Below, in pieces: positions 29,782 through 39,242 of a DNA stretch of 64,000 nucleotides. Position 1 is the stretch's first letter. Each line of letters opens with the position of its first letter. Source of the DNA: an uncultured Gammaproteobacteria bacterium (lineage in GTDB: Bacteria > Patescibacteriota > Microgenomatia > Levybacterales > GWA1-39-11). Below the pieces are notes generated by a model. It saw nothing but the letters and a program-made list of their open reading frames with translations. It did not search any database and was not told the origin of the DNA. The stretch lies in assembly GCA_964406795.1 (NCBI GenBank), contig CAYOTA010000003.1, forward strand, positions 49,252 through 113,251, given 5' to 3'. The position numbers and the translations under genes are program-made.

Positions 29782-30972
29782 ATGAAAACAAAAACGAAAA
29801 AAATAGCATTACTATCAATCATTTTATACGCGGTTTCATCTGTATTGTCATATGTAATTTTTGCCAATACTTCTCTGCTTTCGTCTACAGGTCTTATTAA
29901 TAATCCGGTTCCAGCACCAAAAAAAGAAGGCACTAAAGATTCAGAACGAGTTGTGTTTGATGATAGTTTGCCAAAGACTGAGGTATGTCCCACAAACGGT
30001 CAGAAATATTCAAAGCAACAAAAAAAGTGGTGGGAGCAGCGTAGACCACTGGGCGTGATGATTGAAAATTCTGTAGATGCCCGGCCTCAATCAGGTTTGC
30101 AGTCAGCTGATGTAGTTTACGAAGCGATAGCCGAAGGAGGCATAACACGTTTTTTGGCCGTTTTCTATTGTCAGGACGCAGGACAAATCGGACCCGTGCG
30201 TTCAGCTAGAACTTACTTTCTTGATTTCATTTCTGAATATGGAAACAACCCTCTTTACGCACATGTAGGTGGGGCCAATACTCCAGGTCCAGCAAATGCA
30301 CTAGGGCAAATTGGAGATTATGGTTGGAATTTTTATAATGACTTAAATCAATTCTCAGTACCATTCCCAATATTTAAAAGAATTGAGAGTATTAACGGAC
30401 GTCCGGTTGCAACGGAGCACACCATGTTTTCCAATACCGGAGCGCTTTGGGATTATGCAGCAGAGAAAAGAAAATTAACACAGGTAGATGTAGATGGTCT
30501 TTCTTGGGATACCACATTTACAGAATACAAGTATAAGGATGATGTTGTGACTTCATCTCGTCCGGCAGCTCAAACTGTATCCTTTGAGTTTTGGGATGGA
30601 TATAAAGATTTTGGAGTCAGTTGGGTATATGACAAAACCTCAAATACATACAAGAGAAAAAATGGAGGGATAGATCATCTAGACAGAAATACAAAAAAAC
30701 CACTGCAGGCAAAAAACGTTGTGATTCTTTTCATGCGGGAGTCGCGGGCAAACGATGGATATGAAGGAAATTTACATATGCTTTATGGAACAAAAGGTAC
30801 TGGCTCCGCGCTAGTATTTATGGATGGGAAAGAGATAGAGGCTAGATGGAGTAAGTCAGACAGAGAAGCAAGAACTAAATTGGTCGCAAGTAACGGTCAA
30901 GAGATTGAATTAAACAGAGGCTTAACATGGTTTGAAATTTTGGCTCCTGATACTGACGTAACAGTAAAATAA
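29782..30972 (+). CDS. DUF3048-like secreted/lipoprotein
   Basis: Signal/TM N-terminus; SADVVYEAIAEGGITRFLAVF and YAHVGG motifs recalled from DUF3048. Confidence 0.45.
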   Translation: MKTKTKKIALLSIILYAVSSVLSYVIFANTSLLSSTGLINNPVPAPKKEGTKDSERVVFDDSLPKTEVCPTNGQKYSKQQKKWWEQRRPLGVMIENSVDARPQSGLQSADVVYEAIAEGGITRFLAVFYCQDAGQIGPVRSARTYFLDFISEYGNNPLYAHVGGANTPGPANALGQIGDYGWNFYNDLNQFSVPFPIFKRIESINGRPVATEHTMFSNTGALWDYAAEKRKLTQVDVDGLSWDTTFTEYKYKDDVVTSSRPAAQTVSFEFWDGYKDFGVSWVYDKTSNTYKRKNGGIDHLDRNTKKPLQAKNVVILFMRESRANDGYEGNLHMLYGTKGTGSALVFMDGKEIEARWSKSDREARTKLVASNGQEIELNRGLTWFEILAPDTDVTVK

Positions 30973-31037
30973 TTCCCCTGCCCATAGACAACTTATTTTG
31001 AAGATGCTAAAATAATTTGTACATTCTGCATTTTTCT

Positions 31038-31613
31038 ATGCTTAAAGATTTAATTACATCAAAAACTCGCGTCAAATTATTAACATTATTTTTGGATAAT
31101 CAGTCTGAGATGTATCATGTTCGGGAAATTGTAAGACGAGTAAATGAAGAAATAAATGCCGTAAGACGTGAGTTAATTTTGCTTGAGAAAAAAGGTATTC
31201 TTTCCAGAGAACCACGAGCCAATAGAGTCTATTATTATTTAGATAAGAATTATCCATATTATTTTGATTTGCTTCGGTTACACGCAAAAACTAATGGTAT
31301 AGGTTTTGATATCATCAAGAACAGGGTAAAGCTTGGAAAAATTAAGTACGCAATGTTGTCAGGAAAGTTTGCACGAAGAGTTCGTGAAAATCCAGACGAT
31401 GTAGATTTATTAATTGTCGGTACCGTGGTTTTACCAGAACTCTCATTGGTTGTAAAACAAGAAGAAGCAAAAAGAGGAGAAGAAATAAATTATACAGTTA
31501 TGACAGAAGAAGAATTTATATTTAGAAAAAAAAGGCTTGACCCATTCATACTTAGTGTCATAACAGGTTCTCGAGTAATCCTCATAGGGGATGAGGAAGC
31601 GCTTCTCTCTTAA
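31038..31613 (+). CDS. Winged-helix transcriptional regulator with nucleotidyltransferase-like C-terminal half
   Basis: HVREIVRRVNEEINAVRRELILLEKKGIL wHTH-like segment; start chosen at internal Met (track 31017). Confidence 0.4.
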   Translation: MLKDLITSKTRVKLLTLFLDNQSEMYHVREIVRRVNEEINAVRRELILLEKKGILSREPRANRVYYYLDKNYPYYFDLLRLHAKTNGIGFDIIKNRVKLGKIKYAMLSGKFARRVRENPDDVDLLIVGTVVLPELSLVVKQEEAKRGEEINYTVMTEEEFIFRKKRLDPFILSVITGSRVILIGDEEALLS

Positions 31614-32955
31614 TCTTATGCGAAATTCAAAAGTATTTATTGGTTTTATTTTTGCTATTTCATTATTACTTTTAGTATTTGATCTACCATTTAGCTTTAA
31701 AATAGACAACGTCTTACTTCCTCCCCAAAACATAAATGCACAAATAGGAAATTTAAAGCTTTACAAAGACCTGTCCTATAAGTTGGGTCTAGATTTGCAA
31801 GGAGGAACGCAATTAACATATGCAGTGGATATGAAAAATATCCCAGAAAAGGAACGTGAACGGGCATTTGAAGGTGCAAGAAGTATTATTGATAGGAGAG
31901 TTAATTTTTTTGGAGTTGGAGAACCATCTATCCAAACCCTAAGATTAGGTGAAGAGTACAGGATAGTAATAGAACTTCCTGGTTTATCAGATGTTTCTTC
32001 TGCGACTCAGTTGATCGGGCGTACTGCAGAACTAACTTTTTGGGAAGCGGGACCGGAAATAAAAGGTGCTTCACCATCCGCTGACTTACCAGCAGGTTTG
32101 TCTGTATTTTTAGGAAACAATCCTCTCCAGACTAATCTGTCCGGAAAAGATCTTAAAAGCTCACAAGTAATTTTTGGGTCGACTGGTACTGGCGGGGCCC
32201 AGGTTCAACTGGATTTTACTCCAGCTGGTGCCAAAAGCTTTGCCCAAATTACCAAAAGAAATATAGGAAAACCTTTGGCTATAGTACTGGATAATCAGTT
32301 AGTTCAAGCCCCGCAAGTAAATTCAGAGATAGTTAGTGGACCGGCAATTATAACCGGTGGATTTACTCCGGAAACAGCAAGGGCACTTTCTATTCAATTA
32401 AATTCTGGTGCGCTTCCCGCACCACTTGAAATTATTGGCCAAAATACTGTTGGACCTTCTCTTGGAATTGACTCACTTAAAAAATCATTATTTGCCGGTG
32501 TTTTAGGATTTATATCAATTATTATTTTTATGATTTTTCTCTATAGAAAAGAGGGAGTGCTAGCTTCCACTGCTTTATGTATTTATATAATCATGACACT
32601 TGCTGTTTTCAAATTTATCCCAATCACGCTGACGCTTGCCGGAATTGCTGGATTTGTGTTATCAATTGGGATGGCAGTTGACGCAAATATTCTAATTTTT
32701 GAGCGAATGAAAGAGGAGTTGCGTGCGGGCAGAACTCGTGAACAGGCTATTTATCTAGGATTTCAGCGTGCATGGTCTTCCATTCGTGACTCAAACATTT
32801 CCAGTTTAATTACATCAGTAATTTTATATTATTTTGGGTCAGGCATTGTTCGCGGGTTTGCGATTACACTAGCAATAGGTATTTTAATTTCTATGTTTTC
32901 AGCAATTGTTGTAACACGTAATTTGCTAAAAGTATTTGACACTAAAAATACATGA
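31591..32955 (+). CDS. secD: Protein translocase subunit SecD
   Basis: Periplasmic domain plus six C-terminal TM helices; alternative start at about 31618 would avoid overlap with the upstream gene. Confidence 0.85.
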   Translation: MRKRFSLNLMRNSKVFIGFIFAISLLLLVFDLPFSFKIDNVLLPPQNINAQIGNLKLYKDLSYKLGLDLQGGTQLTYAVDMKNIPEKERERAFEGARSIIDRRVNFFGVGEPSIQTLRLGEEYRIVIELPGLSDVSSATQLIGRTAELTFWEAGPEIKGASPSADLPAGLSVFLGNNPLQTNLSGKDLKSSQVIFGSTGTGGAQVQLDFTPAGAKSFAQITKRNIGKPLAIVLDNQLVQAPQVNSEIVSGPAIITGGFTPETARALSIQLNSGALPAPLEIIGQNTVGPSLGIDSLKKSLFAGVLGFISIIIFMIFLYRKEGVLASTALCIYIIMTLAVFKFIPITLTLAGIAGFVLSIGMAVDANILIFERMKEELRAGRTREQAIYLGFQRAWSSIRDSNISSLITSVILYYFGSGIVRGFAITLAIGILISMFSAIVVTRNLLKVFDTKNT

Positions 32956-33860
32956 ACATAATAAAACACAGAAGAATATATTATCTCATTTCAGTTTTCT
33001 TACTAGTCCCAGGACTTATTTCACTTATCTTTTTTGGGCTCCTGCCTGCAATTGATTTTACGGGTGGTTCAGAAATTGAAGTGAAAATTTCTAATCAAAA
33101 AAAAATATCCACACAAGAAATTACTAACATAGTTGTTAAGCAAGGCTTTAATGTGCAAAATGTTAACTTAATTGAAAAAGATACATTTTCAATTAGAACA
33201 GAAGTTGTATCAGAAAATGAAAAACAAAAAATTGTGTCTAATCTTCAAAAGTCCTACCCAAAATTAACTGAAAAATCATTTGAAACGGTTGGTGCAACTA
33301 TTGGAAAGGAAACCGAATTAAATGCATTGAAAGCAGTAGGAATAGCGTCTGTTGTGATTCTCGTATACATAGCGTTTGTTTTCAGAAAAGTATCAAAGCC
33401 GGTTGCATCATGGAAATTTGGTGTATGTGCAATCATAGCATTACTGCATGATGTGCTTCTTGTGCTAGGGGTATTTTCATTGCTTGGGTTATTCTTTCAA
33501 GTAGAGGTAGACTCTTTGTTTATAACAGCCCTACTCACTGTTATGGGCTTTTCAGTACATGACACCATAGTTGTATTTGATAGAATTAGGGAAAATTTAA
33601 AAAACCACTCAGATTTACCATTTGAAAAATTAGTAAATAATTCAATTCTTGAAACAATTAATAGATCACTTAATACATCTGTTACGGTCGTGCTGGTTTT
33701 ATTTGCTCTATTACTATTTGGGGGGGAAAGCACAAGATGGTTTGTTGTAGCATTATTACTTGGTGTACTATCCGGAACATTCTCATCTATTTTTAATGCA
33801 TCTCCGCTTCTTGTTTCCTGGAATGAATTTGATCAAAAAAGGAACAAGAAAAAAGCATAA
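32952..33860 (+). CDS. secF: Protein translocase subunit SecF
   Basis: Follows secD with 4-nt overlap; SecF membrane topology. Confidence 0.85.
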   Translation: MNIIKHRRIYYLISVFLLVPGLISLIFFGLLPAIDFTGGSEIEVKISNQKKISTQEITNIVVKQGFNVQNVNLIEKDTFSIRTEVVSENEKQKIVSNLQKSYPKLTEKSFETVGATIGKETELNALKAVGIASVVILVYIAFVFRKVSKPVASWKFGVCAIIALLHDVLLVLGVFSLLGLFFQVEVDSLFITALLTVMGFSVHDTIVVFDRIRENLKNHSDLPFEKLVNNSILETINRSLNTSVTVVLVLFALLLFGGESTRWFVVALLLGVLSGTFSSIFNASPLLVSWNEFDQKRNKKKA

Positions 33861-33871
33861 GCACTATTTAA

Positions 33872-35026
33872 ATGTCATTTCAACTGTTTAACTCATTAAC
33901 TCGTCAAAAAGAAAATTTTGCGCCAAAATTTTCTCGTGAAGTTTTATTATATGTTTGCGGTATTACCCCCAACAATGCAACTCACTTGGGTCATGCATTT
34001 ACCTATGTGTCTTTTGATATTCTTGTAAGATATTTGAAATATAAAGGTTATAGTGTAAATTATTTACAAAATGCTACAGACATTAATGATTCTGATGATG
34101 TTATAAAACAAGCAAAGTTGGCTAAAAGAACCTGGAAGCAAGAAGCAACTCATTGGATAAAACACTTCCATAAACAAATGGACTCACTTAACGTTTTACG
34201 TCCAGATAAGTACATACTCGCAACATCTGTTATGGATGAAATTATTATTGTCATTTCAGATTTATTAAAAAAAGAATTAGCATATGAGAACGGTGGAAAT
34301 ATTTATTTTAATGTGGAAACATTTAAAAATTATGGGAAGTTATCTCATATGTCAAAAGATCAAATGTTAAAAGTGCCAGTAGATAGAGGTACTAATACTA
34401 CAGATCCACTCAAGAAAAACCCTTTAGATTTTGTTTTATGGTTTGGTGATTCCAAAAAACCAAATTGGAAATCACCTTGGGGTAATGGACGTCCGGGGTG
34501 GCATATTGAATGCAGTACTATGATCTATTCTAAGCTTGGTCCACAAATAGATATTCACGGAGGTGGAGAGGACCTTATTTACCCGCATCATGAGAGTGAA
34601 ATAGCGCAGTCAGAAAGCAATACTGGTAAGTCTCCCTTCGCAAAAGTTTGGATGCACACAGCATATGTGTTATTTGAAGGAGAGAAGATGAGTAAGTCCC
34701 TAGGCAACCTTGTACTGGTCGAAAACCTTCTTAAAAAATATTCCCCCAACACTATTCGTTGGCTATTACTGTCTCATCATTATAGAACTCCATGGGAATA
34801 TTCAGAAAAAGAACTACGTGAAGTGGATAAAAAAGTATTGAAAATTGAATCTAAATTAAGTGATGTAAAATCGGTAAAAAATAAGGATATTAGAGAAAAA
34901 TTTGAAAAACTGATGGAGGTTGACTTAAATACACCAAAAGTGCTAGATTTAGTGGAACAACTGATAATTGATAAAAAAAGCAGTGAAGCTCTTAAGATCT
35001 TAAAAGTGCTTGGATTTAATATATGA
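33872..35026 (+). CDS. cysS: Cysteine--tRNA ligase (short form)
   Basis: HIGH-type ATHLGHAF, zinc ligands CGITP / WHIECS / PHHESE, KMSKSLGN; only 384 aa. Confidence 0.85.
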   Translation: MSFQLFNSLTRQKENFAPKFSREVLLYVCGITPNNATHLGHAFTYVSFDILVRYLKYKGYSVNYLQNATDINDSDDVIKQAKLAKRTWKQEATHWIKHFHKQMDSLNVLRPDKYILATSVMDEIIIVISDLLKKELAYENGGNIYFNVETFKNYGKLSHMSKDQMLKVPVDRGTNTTDPLKKNPLDFVLWFGDSKKPNWKSPWGNGRPGWHIECSTMIYSKLGPQIDIHGGGEDLIYPHHESEIAQSESNTGKSPFAKVWMHTAYVLFEGEKMSKSLGNLVLVENLLKKYSPNTIRWLLLSHHYRTPWEYSEKELREVDKKVLKIESKLSDVKSVKNKDIREKFEKLMEVDLNTPKVLDLVEQLIIDKKSSEALKILKVLGFNI

Positions 35027-35175
35027 ACTGTGTAATCTGTAAAACAAAGATGGATTTAGTAAAAGTTGATATAAGTTTTGGAGAAAACAAAAAAGAATAC
35101 ACAAGGAGCTTGTATGAATGCAAGGATTGTGACGTTTGGATTAATGTAGAAATTCCCAAGAAAATGTTAGCTTAA
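35023..35175 (+). CDS. Small CxxC...CxxC zinc-ribbon protein, 50 aa
   Basis: ATG overlaps cysS stop (ATGA); MNCVICKTK...YECKDCDVW two Cys pairs; below ORF-track cut-off; tail overlaps convergent GatB/YqeY gene by 9 nt. Confidence 0.35.
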   Translation: MNCVICKTKMDLVKVDISFGENKKEYTRSLYECKDCDVWINVEIPKKMLA

Positions 35176-35613
35176 TTTTGCGCGTACAAGATTTGAAACC
35201 ATTCCTGAGTCTGCTTTGCCTTTTAAGTGTGGCATTAAAATTCCCATAACGCGTCCCATATCCTGCATGGTGGTGGCGCCACTTTGAGTGACTGCAGCGT
35301 CAATTAACGCTTTCACTTCATCTTCAGACATCTGATCAGGTAAATAGCTTTGCAAAATCTCAAGTTCTTTCTTTTCTTTATCTGCTAACTCTGCTCGTCC
35401 GCCTTTTTCATATAGCTCTATTGCTTCACGTCTTTTCTTAACTTCCTTTCCAATAACATCCAGTATGTCGTCATCTGTTGCCTTGTAATCAAGGCCTTTA
35501 TTTATCTCAGTGTATTGGACAGCGCTTTTTAGCATGCGAAGTGTTGAGAGTTTTTGCTCGTCGTGTGCCAACATCGCTGCCTTTATGTCTTCTTGTAATG
35601 TGTCGCTTAGCAT
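35167..35613 (-). CDS. GatB/YqeY domain protein
   Basis: 148 aa with typical YqeY pattern. Confidence 0.75.
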   Translation of the reverse strand: MLSDTLQEDIKAAMLAHDEQKLSTLRMLKSAVQYTEINKGLDYKATDDDILDVIGKEVKKRREAIELYEKGGRAELADKEKKELEILQSYLPDQMSEDEVKALIDAAVTQSGATTMQDMGRVMGILMPHLKGKADSGMVSNLVRAKLS

Positions 35614-35638
35614 ATTTGAATTATATCATGTAAAGAAT

Positions 35639-37015
35639 CTATTTTTGTAACTTGTCGTATTCTTCTTTAATTCTTTGAAGAAGATATTCCCTGGTGTTTA
35701 ATTCAAGATTCTCGTCAACTTCTTCAAACAAAGCCTGCAAAATCTTTCCAATCGCAGGTCCGGGCGGAATAACCAGTGTTTCCATAATGTCAGTTCCGTT
35801 TACAGTCAAATCATTAATTGAAAATGGCGGATTGAGTTCCGCTGTAATTCTTTCTTTAAATTTTTTAAGCCTCCATGATTCAGCTACTTGGGTTCCTCCA
35901 CCAAGTCTGTCGCCAATGCGCAAGTCCATCATATCTTTCACGTTTTCTACCCCCACGCGTCTTATAAAGCGTCTAATCGCGCTATCTGTGATGTGTTCGT
36001 CAACTGTAAACATATGCCACCGAATGAGAGTTATTATTTTTTCTTTTTGTTTTTTTGAGAGACGTAATCTTTCGCAAATTTCTTTTGCAATGCGTGCACC
36101 TGCTACTTCATGATTATAAAAAATTACAAGCCCGTTTTTATCCTCAGATCTGACTGTGGGTTTTCCCACATCGTGAAGGAGCGTTGCAAGTCTTACAACT
36201 GGGTCAGTAGAGGTGGTGTGTTTTAAAGACAATACATTGTGAGTAAAGACATCTGTTGTGTGATGGCGTCCTGGCCGTTCTTGAGAGACTCCTTTCCCGG
36301 CGTTTAATTCAGGTAGAATTAATTCAAGAATTCTTGTTGCGTCAAGCAACATAATTCCCTCATATGCATGATCTGACCCTAGAATTTTAAGTAGCTCGTC
36401 GCGAATGCGCTCACCTGATATATGTTTTATTAATGGCGCGTCTGAAGCTATTGCCGTTAGGGTATTTTTTTCAATTGAAAATGAAAGTTGAGTTGCAAAA
36501 CGAATCGCTCTCATGAGGCGCAGAGCATCTTCTTTAAAGCGTTCATCAGGATTTCCAACCGCTTTTATAAGTTTATTTCTTAAATCATTCTGCCCGCCAA
36601 AAGGGTCAATTACCTTTATTTCTGGACCGATTTTAAAAGCAATTGCATTTATAGTAAAGTCTCGTCTCTTAAGATCTTCCTGAATTGTTTTTCCCCATGC
36701 AACACGTTCCGGTTTTCTGTGATCTACGTATGCAGACTCAGTGCGGTAGGTGGTAATCTCGACGATTCCGGGATGCTCAATTTCAGGTGTCTCAGGAAGC
36801 GGTATTCCAACGGTCCCAAATGCATTGTCATAAAAAGAGTCAGGGAAAACAGCCTGAAGTTCTTCCGGCAAAGCATTTGTGGTTAGATCCCAGTCTTTTG
36901 GTGTTTGATTGAGAAGTAAATTCCTTACACTTCCTCCCACAAAGTATACTTCAAATCCAGCGCCCTCAAGCCGCTTATAAATTTGTAAAACGTCGGGATC
37001 AATTTTATCTATCAT
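35639..37015 (-). CDS. cca: CCA-adding tRNA nucleotidyltransferase with HD domain
   Basis: N-terminal GGSVRNLLL...DWDL polymerase-beta motif, HD motif HDVGK. Confidence 0.8.
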   Translation of the reverse strand: MIDKIDPDVLQIYKRLEGAGFEVYFVGGSVRNLLLNQTPKDWDLTTNALPEELQAVFPDSFYDNAFGTVGIPLPETPEIEHPGIVEITTYRTESAYVDHRKPERVAWGKTIQEDLKRRDFTINAIAFKIGPEIKVIDPFGGQNDLRNKLIKAVGNPDERFKEDALRLMRAIRFATQLSFSIEKNTLTAIASDAPLIKHISGERIRDELLKILGSDHAYEGIMLLDATRILELILPELNAGKGVSQERPGRHHTTDVFTHNVLSLKHTTSTDPVVRLATLLHDVGKPTVRSEDKNGLVIFYNHEVAGARIAKEICERLRLSKKQKEKIITLIRWHMFTVDEHITDSAIRRFIRRVGVENVKDMMDLRIGDRLGGGTQVAESWRLKKFKERITAELNPPFSINDLTVNGTDIMETLVIPPGPAIGKILQALFEEVDENLELNTREYLLQRIKEEYDKLQK

Positions 37016-37035
37016 GTGTTATATTTGATTTTATC

Positions 37036-38682
37036 ATGAAAAAGTGGAAAGTATTGAAAGATACTGGAGAACTGTCAAAAATGACAACTGGGCAAGTCAT
37101 TAAAACTCTTTTGGAAAATAGAAAAATTTTAACAAAAGCTGAGTATGAGCAGTATAGTCATCCCAGCCTTGAGTCTGTAAATTTTAAAAGTGTAGGAATA
37201 AGTATTTCAGACGTTGATAAAACAATTAAAAGAATAAAGGAGGCAATACAAAAAAACGAAGCTATTATAATTTACGGAGATTATGATGTAGATGGAATTT
37301 GCGCAACGGCAATTTTATGGGAGACTATTTACTCATTTTACAAAAATGTACATCCATATATTCCGCACCGAGTTGACGAAGGATACGGGTTATCGATACA
37401 AGGAATTCAGAATATAGAATCTAGAATCCAGAATATTGGATTGATAATTACAGTAGATAACGGGATTGTTGCCTATAAGGCACTGGATTTTGCAAAGACA
37501 CACGAAATAGATGTTATTGTTACAGACCATCATGTAGGGGGGCAAAAAATTCCCGATGCTCATGCTATAGTGCACACAACAAATGTGTGCGGCACGAGCG
37601 TTGCCTATTTATTATCAAAAAAAATAGAGGAAGAATTTAGTCTTTCCCCAAATGAGGCTCATTTGGAGCTGGTTGCACTAGCTACAGTTGCTGATTTGGT
37701 GCCGCTTAAAGAACAAAATAGAACTTTGCTTAAGTATGGATTAAAGGGGATTCAGAAAACACAAAGAAAAGGGTTATTAGCATTATTCCAAGAAGCTAAA
37801 GTAAAAAAAGAAGAGATAGATGTATACCACATAGGGCATGTCGTAGCTCCCAGACTAAATGCAAGTGGTAGGATAACTCACGCAATGGATGCGCTACGGT
37901 TGATTTGTACTACAGACACAGTCAGAGCCCAAAAGTTAGCTCGAGTACTCGAGGAAACTAACAAAAATCGTCAAACCTTAACGTTTGATTCTGCCAATCA
38001 AGCAAAAAACAGTATAGATAAAAATAATTTAGAAAATATTCTCATTGTTTCAGAACCGGAATATGATCAGGGAGTAATTGGACTTATTGCGTCAAAATTG
38101 GTTGAAGAATTTTACAGGCCATCTATTGCAATTTCAGTAGGGGATGAAATTTCAAAAGGTTCTGCGCGTTCTATTTCAGGCATAAATATTATTGAGTTAA
38201 TCAGATCAGTACCTGAATTTTTAAAAGAAGCAGGAGGACATCCTATGGCCGCTGGATTTAGTATTGAAACAAAAAATCTTGAAAACTTTAAAAATGCATT
38301 AGTAAAAAAAACTAAAAAGGAAATTGATCCTCAATTATTTGATCGTGTTTTATATATAGATATGGAGCTACCATTTGAGAATATAAATATGGAATTATAT
38401 AGTGGCATTCAAGCATTAGCGCCATTTGGTATGGGAAATTCTCAGCCTGTTTTTATAACTCGCGGAGTGACAGTTGCGGGAGTTAATAGGGTAGGAAAAA
38501 ATAAAGAACATGTGCAGCTAATGATTGAAAAGGATGCGAGCCTTTTTAAAGGCATTATGTTTCGTTATGAAAAAGAAGATTTGAAGCCTGGTGTGCTTGC
38601 CGACATAGCTTATTCTATAGAAAAAAATGAATGGAATGGGAGGGTAAATATTGAGCTGCGTCTAAAAGACATAGGTATCTAG
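37036..38682 (+). CDS. recJ: Single-stranded-DNA-specific exonuclease RecJ
   Basis: DHH motifs (DYDVDG, DHH at VTDHH) and DHHA1 domain with GGH motif. Confidence 0.85.
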   Translation: MKKWKVLKDTGELSKMTTGQVIKTLLENRKILTKAEYEQYSHPSLESVNFKSVGISISDVDKTIKRIKEAIQKNEAIIIYGDYDVDGICATAILWETIYSFYKNVHPYIPHRVDEGYGLSIQGIQNIESRIQNIGLIITVDNGIVAYKALDFAKTHEIDVIVTDHHVGGQKIPDAHAIVHTTNVCGTSVAYLLSKKIEEEFSLSPNEAHLELVALATVADLVPLKEQNRTLLKYGLKGIQKTQRKGLLALFQEAKVKKEEIDVYHIGHVVAPRLNASGRITHAMDALRLICTTDTVRAQKLARVLEETNKNRQTLTFDSANQAKNSIDKNNLENILIVSEPEYDQGVIGLIASKLVEEFYRPSIAISVGDEISKGSARSISGINIIELIRSVPEFLKEAGGHPMAAGFSIETKNLENFKNALVKKTKKEIDPQLFDRVLYIDMELPFENINMELYSGIQALAPFGMGNSQPVFITRGVTVAGVNRVGKNKEHVQLMIEKDASLFKGIMFRYEKEDLKPGVLADIAYSIEKNEWNGRVNIELRLKDIGI

Positions 38683-39017
38683 CGCGCTTTTTTAATCGTT
38701 TCAATTCCCTTAGGAATTGGATCTGTAACAAACTTGTCTAGAGTTTTTTTAACATCCTCTGCTGAAACATTTGCTCTTCTAAGTATCTGTCCATAGATAG
38801 GGGCAAGTTTTGCTGCCTCCAGAAATGCATTTCCCTCTTCTTGTCTTTGAAAACGGTTTCTGTCTGCCCATTTTTCTCGTTCATTTACGCTCATATTCTT
38901 CCATTCTGGGGGAAGATTCGAGTTGTTGTTTGGTATTTCAGATGATCTTGGCATATGTTTTGTCTTTTGTTCCTTAAAAAGGTCGCTTTGCTCTTTTTCT
39001 AAAGATACCTTCCTCAA
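38679..39017 (-). CDS. Hypothetical protein (start uncertain: TTG at 39017 or ATG at about 38954)
   Basis: ORF-track call; preceded on the minus strand by a promoter/terminator leader; 23-bp direct repeat spans start. Confidence 0.35.
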   Translation of the reverse strand: MRKVSLEKEQSDLFKEQKTKHMPRSSEIPNNNSNLPPEWKNMSVNEREKWADRNRFQRQEEGNAFLEAAKLAPIYGQILRRANVSAEDVKKTLDKFVTDPIPKGIETIKKAR

Positions 39018-39053
39018 AAGGTCGCTCCGCTCTTTTTCGTCGCAATGCTCCTC

Positions 39054-39087
39054 AAAATAAAAAAACTCCCATTTTTACTGGGAGTTT
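39054..39087 (-). terminator. Intrinsic terminator on minus strand (aaactccca-N7-tgggagttt followed by T-run on minus strand)
   Basis: Perfect 9-bp stem read directly; run of 7+ T on minus strand (A-run 39054-39065 on plus). Confidence 0.45.
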
Positions 39088-39170
39088 AAAACTGAATTAG
39101 TTTCAAACCCCAATTAAGGGAGTGCTGCAAAATTAATAAAATGTTGTGTACAACTCATACTATGGGTCTA

Positions 39171-39199
39171 ATTATACCACTTGAAGGGGTGTTTGTCAA
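39171..39199 (-). promoter_or_regulatory. Consensus sigma70 promoter on minus strand: TTGACA-17-TGgTATAAT
   Basis: Reverse complement of 39171-39199 reads TTGACAaacaccccttcaagtggTATAAT with TGn extension; divergent from aspS promoter. Confidence 0.5.
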
Positions 39200-39207
39200 G
39201 ATATCTC

Positions 39208-39236
39208 TTGCCAAGCAGGAGTACACAAGCTAAAAT
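39208..39236 (+). promoter_or_regulatory. Sigma70-like promoter for aspS (TTGCCA-17-TAAAAT)
   Basis: Spacing 17, -10 ends 6 nt before ATG region. Confidence 0.35.
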
Positions 39237-39242
39237 ACGAAT

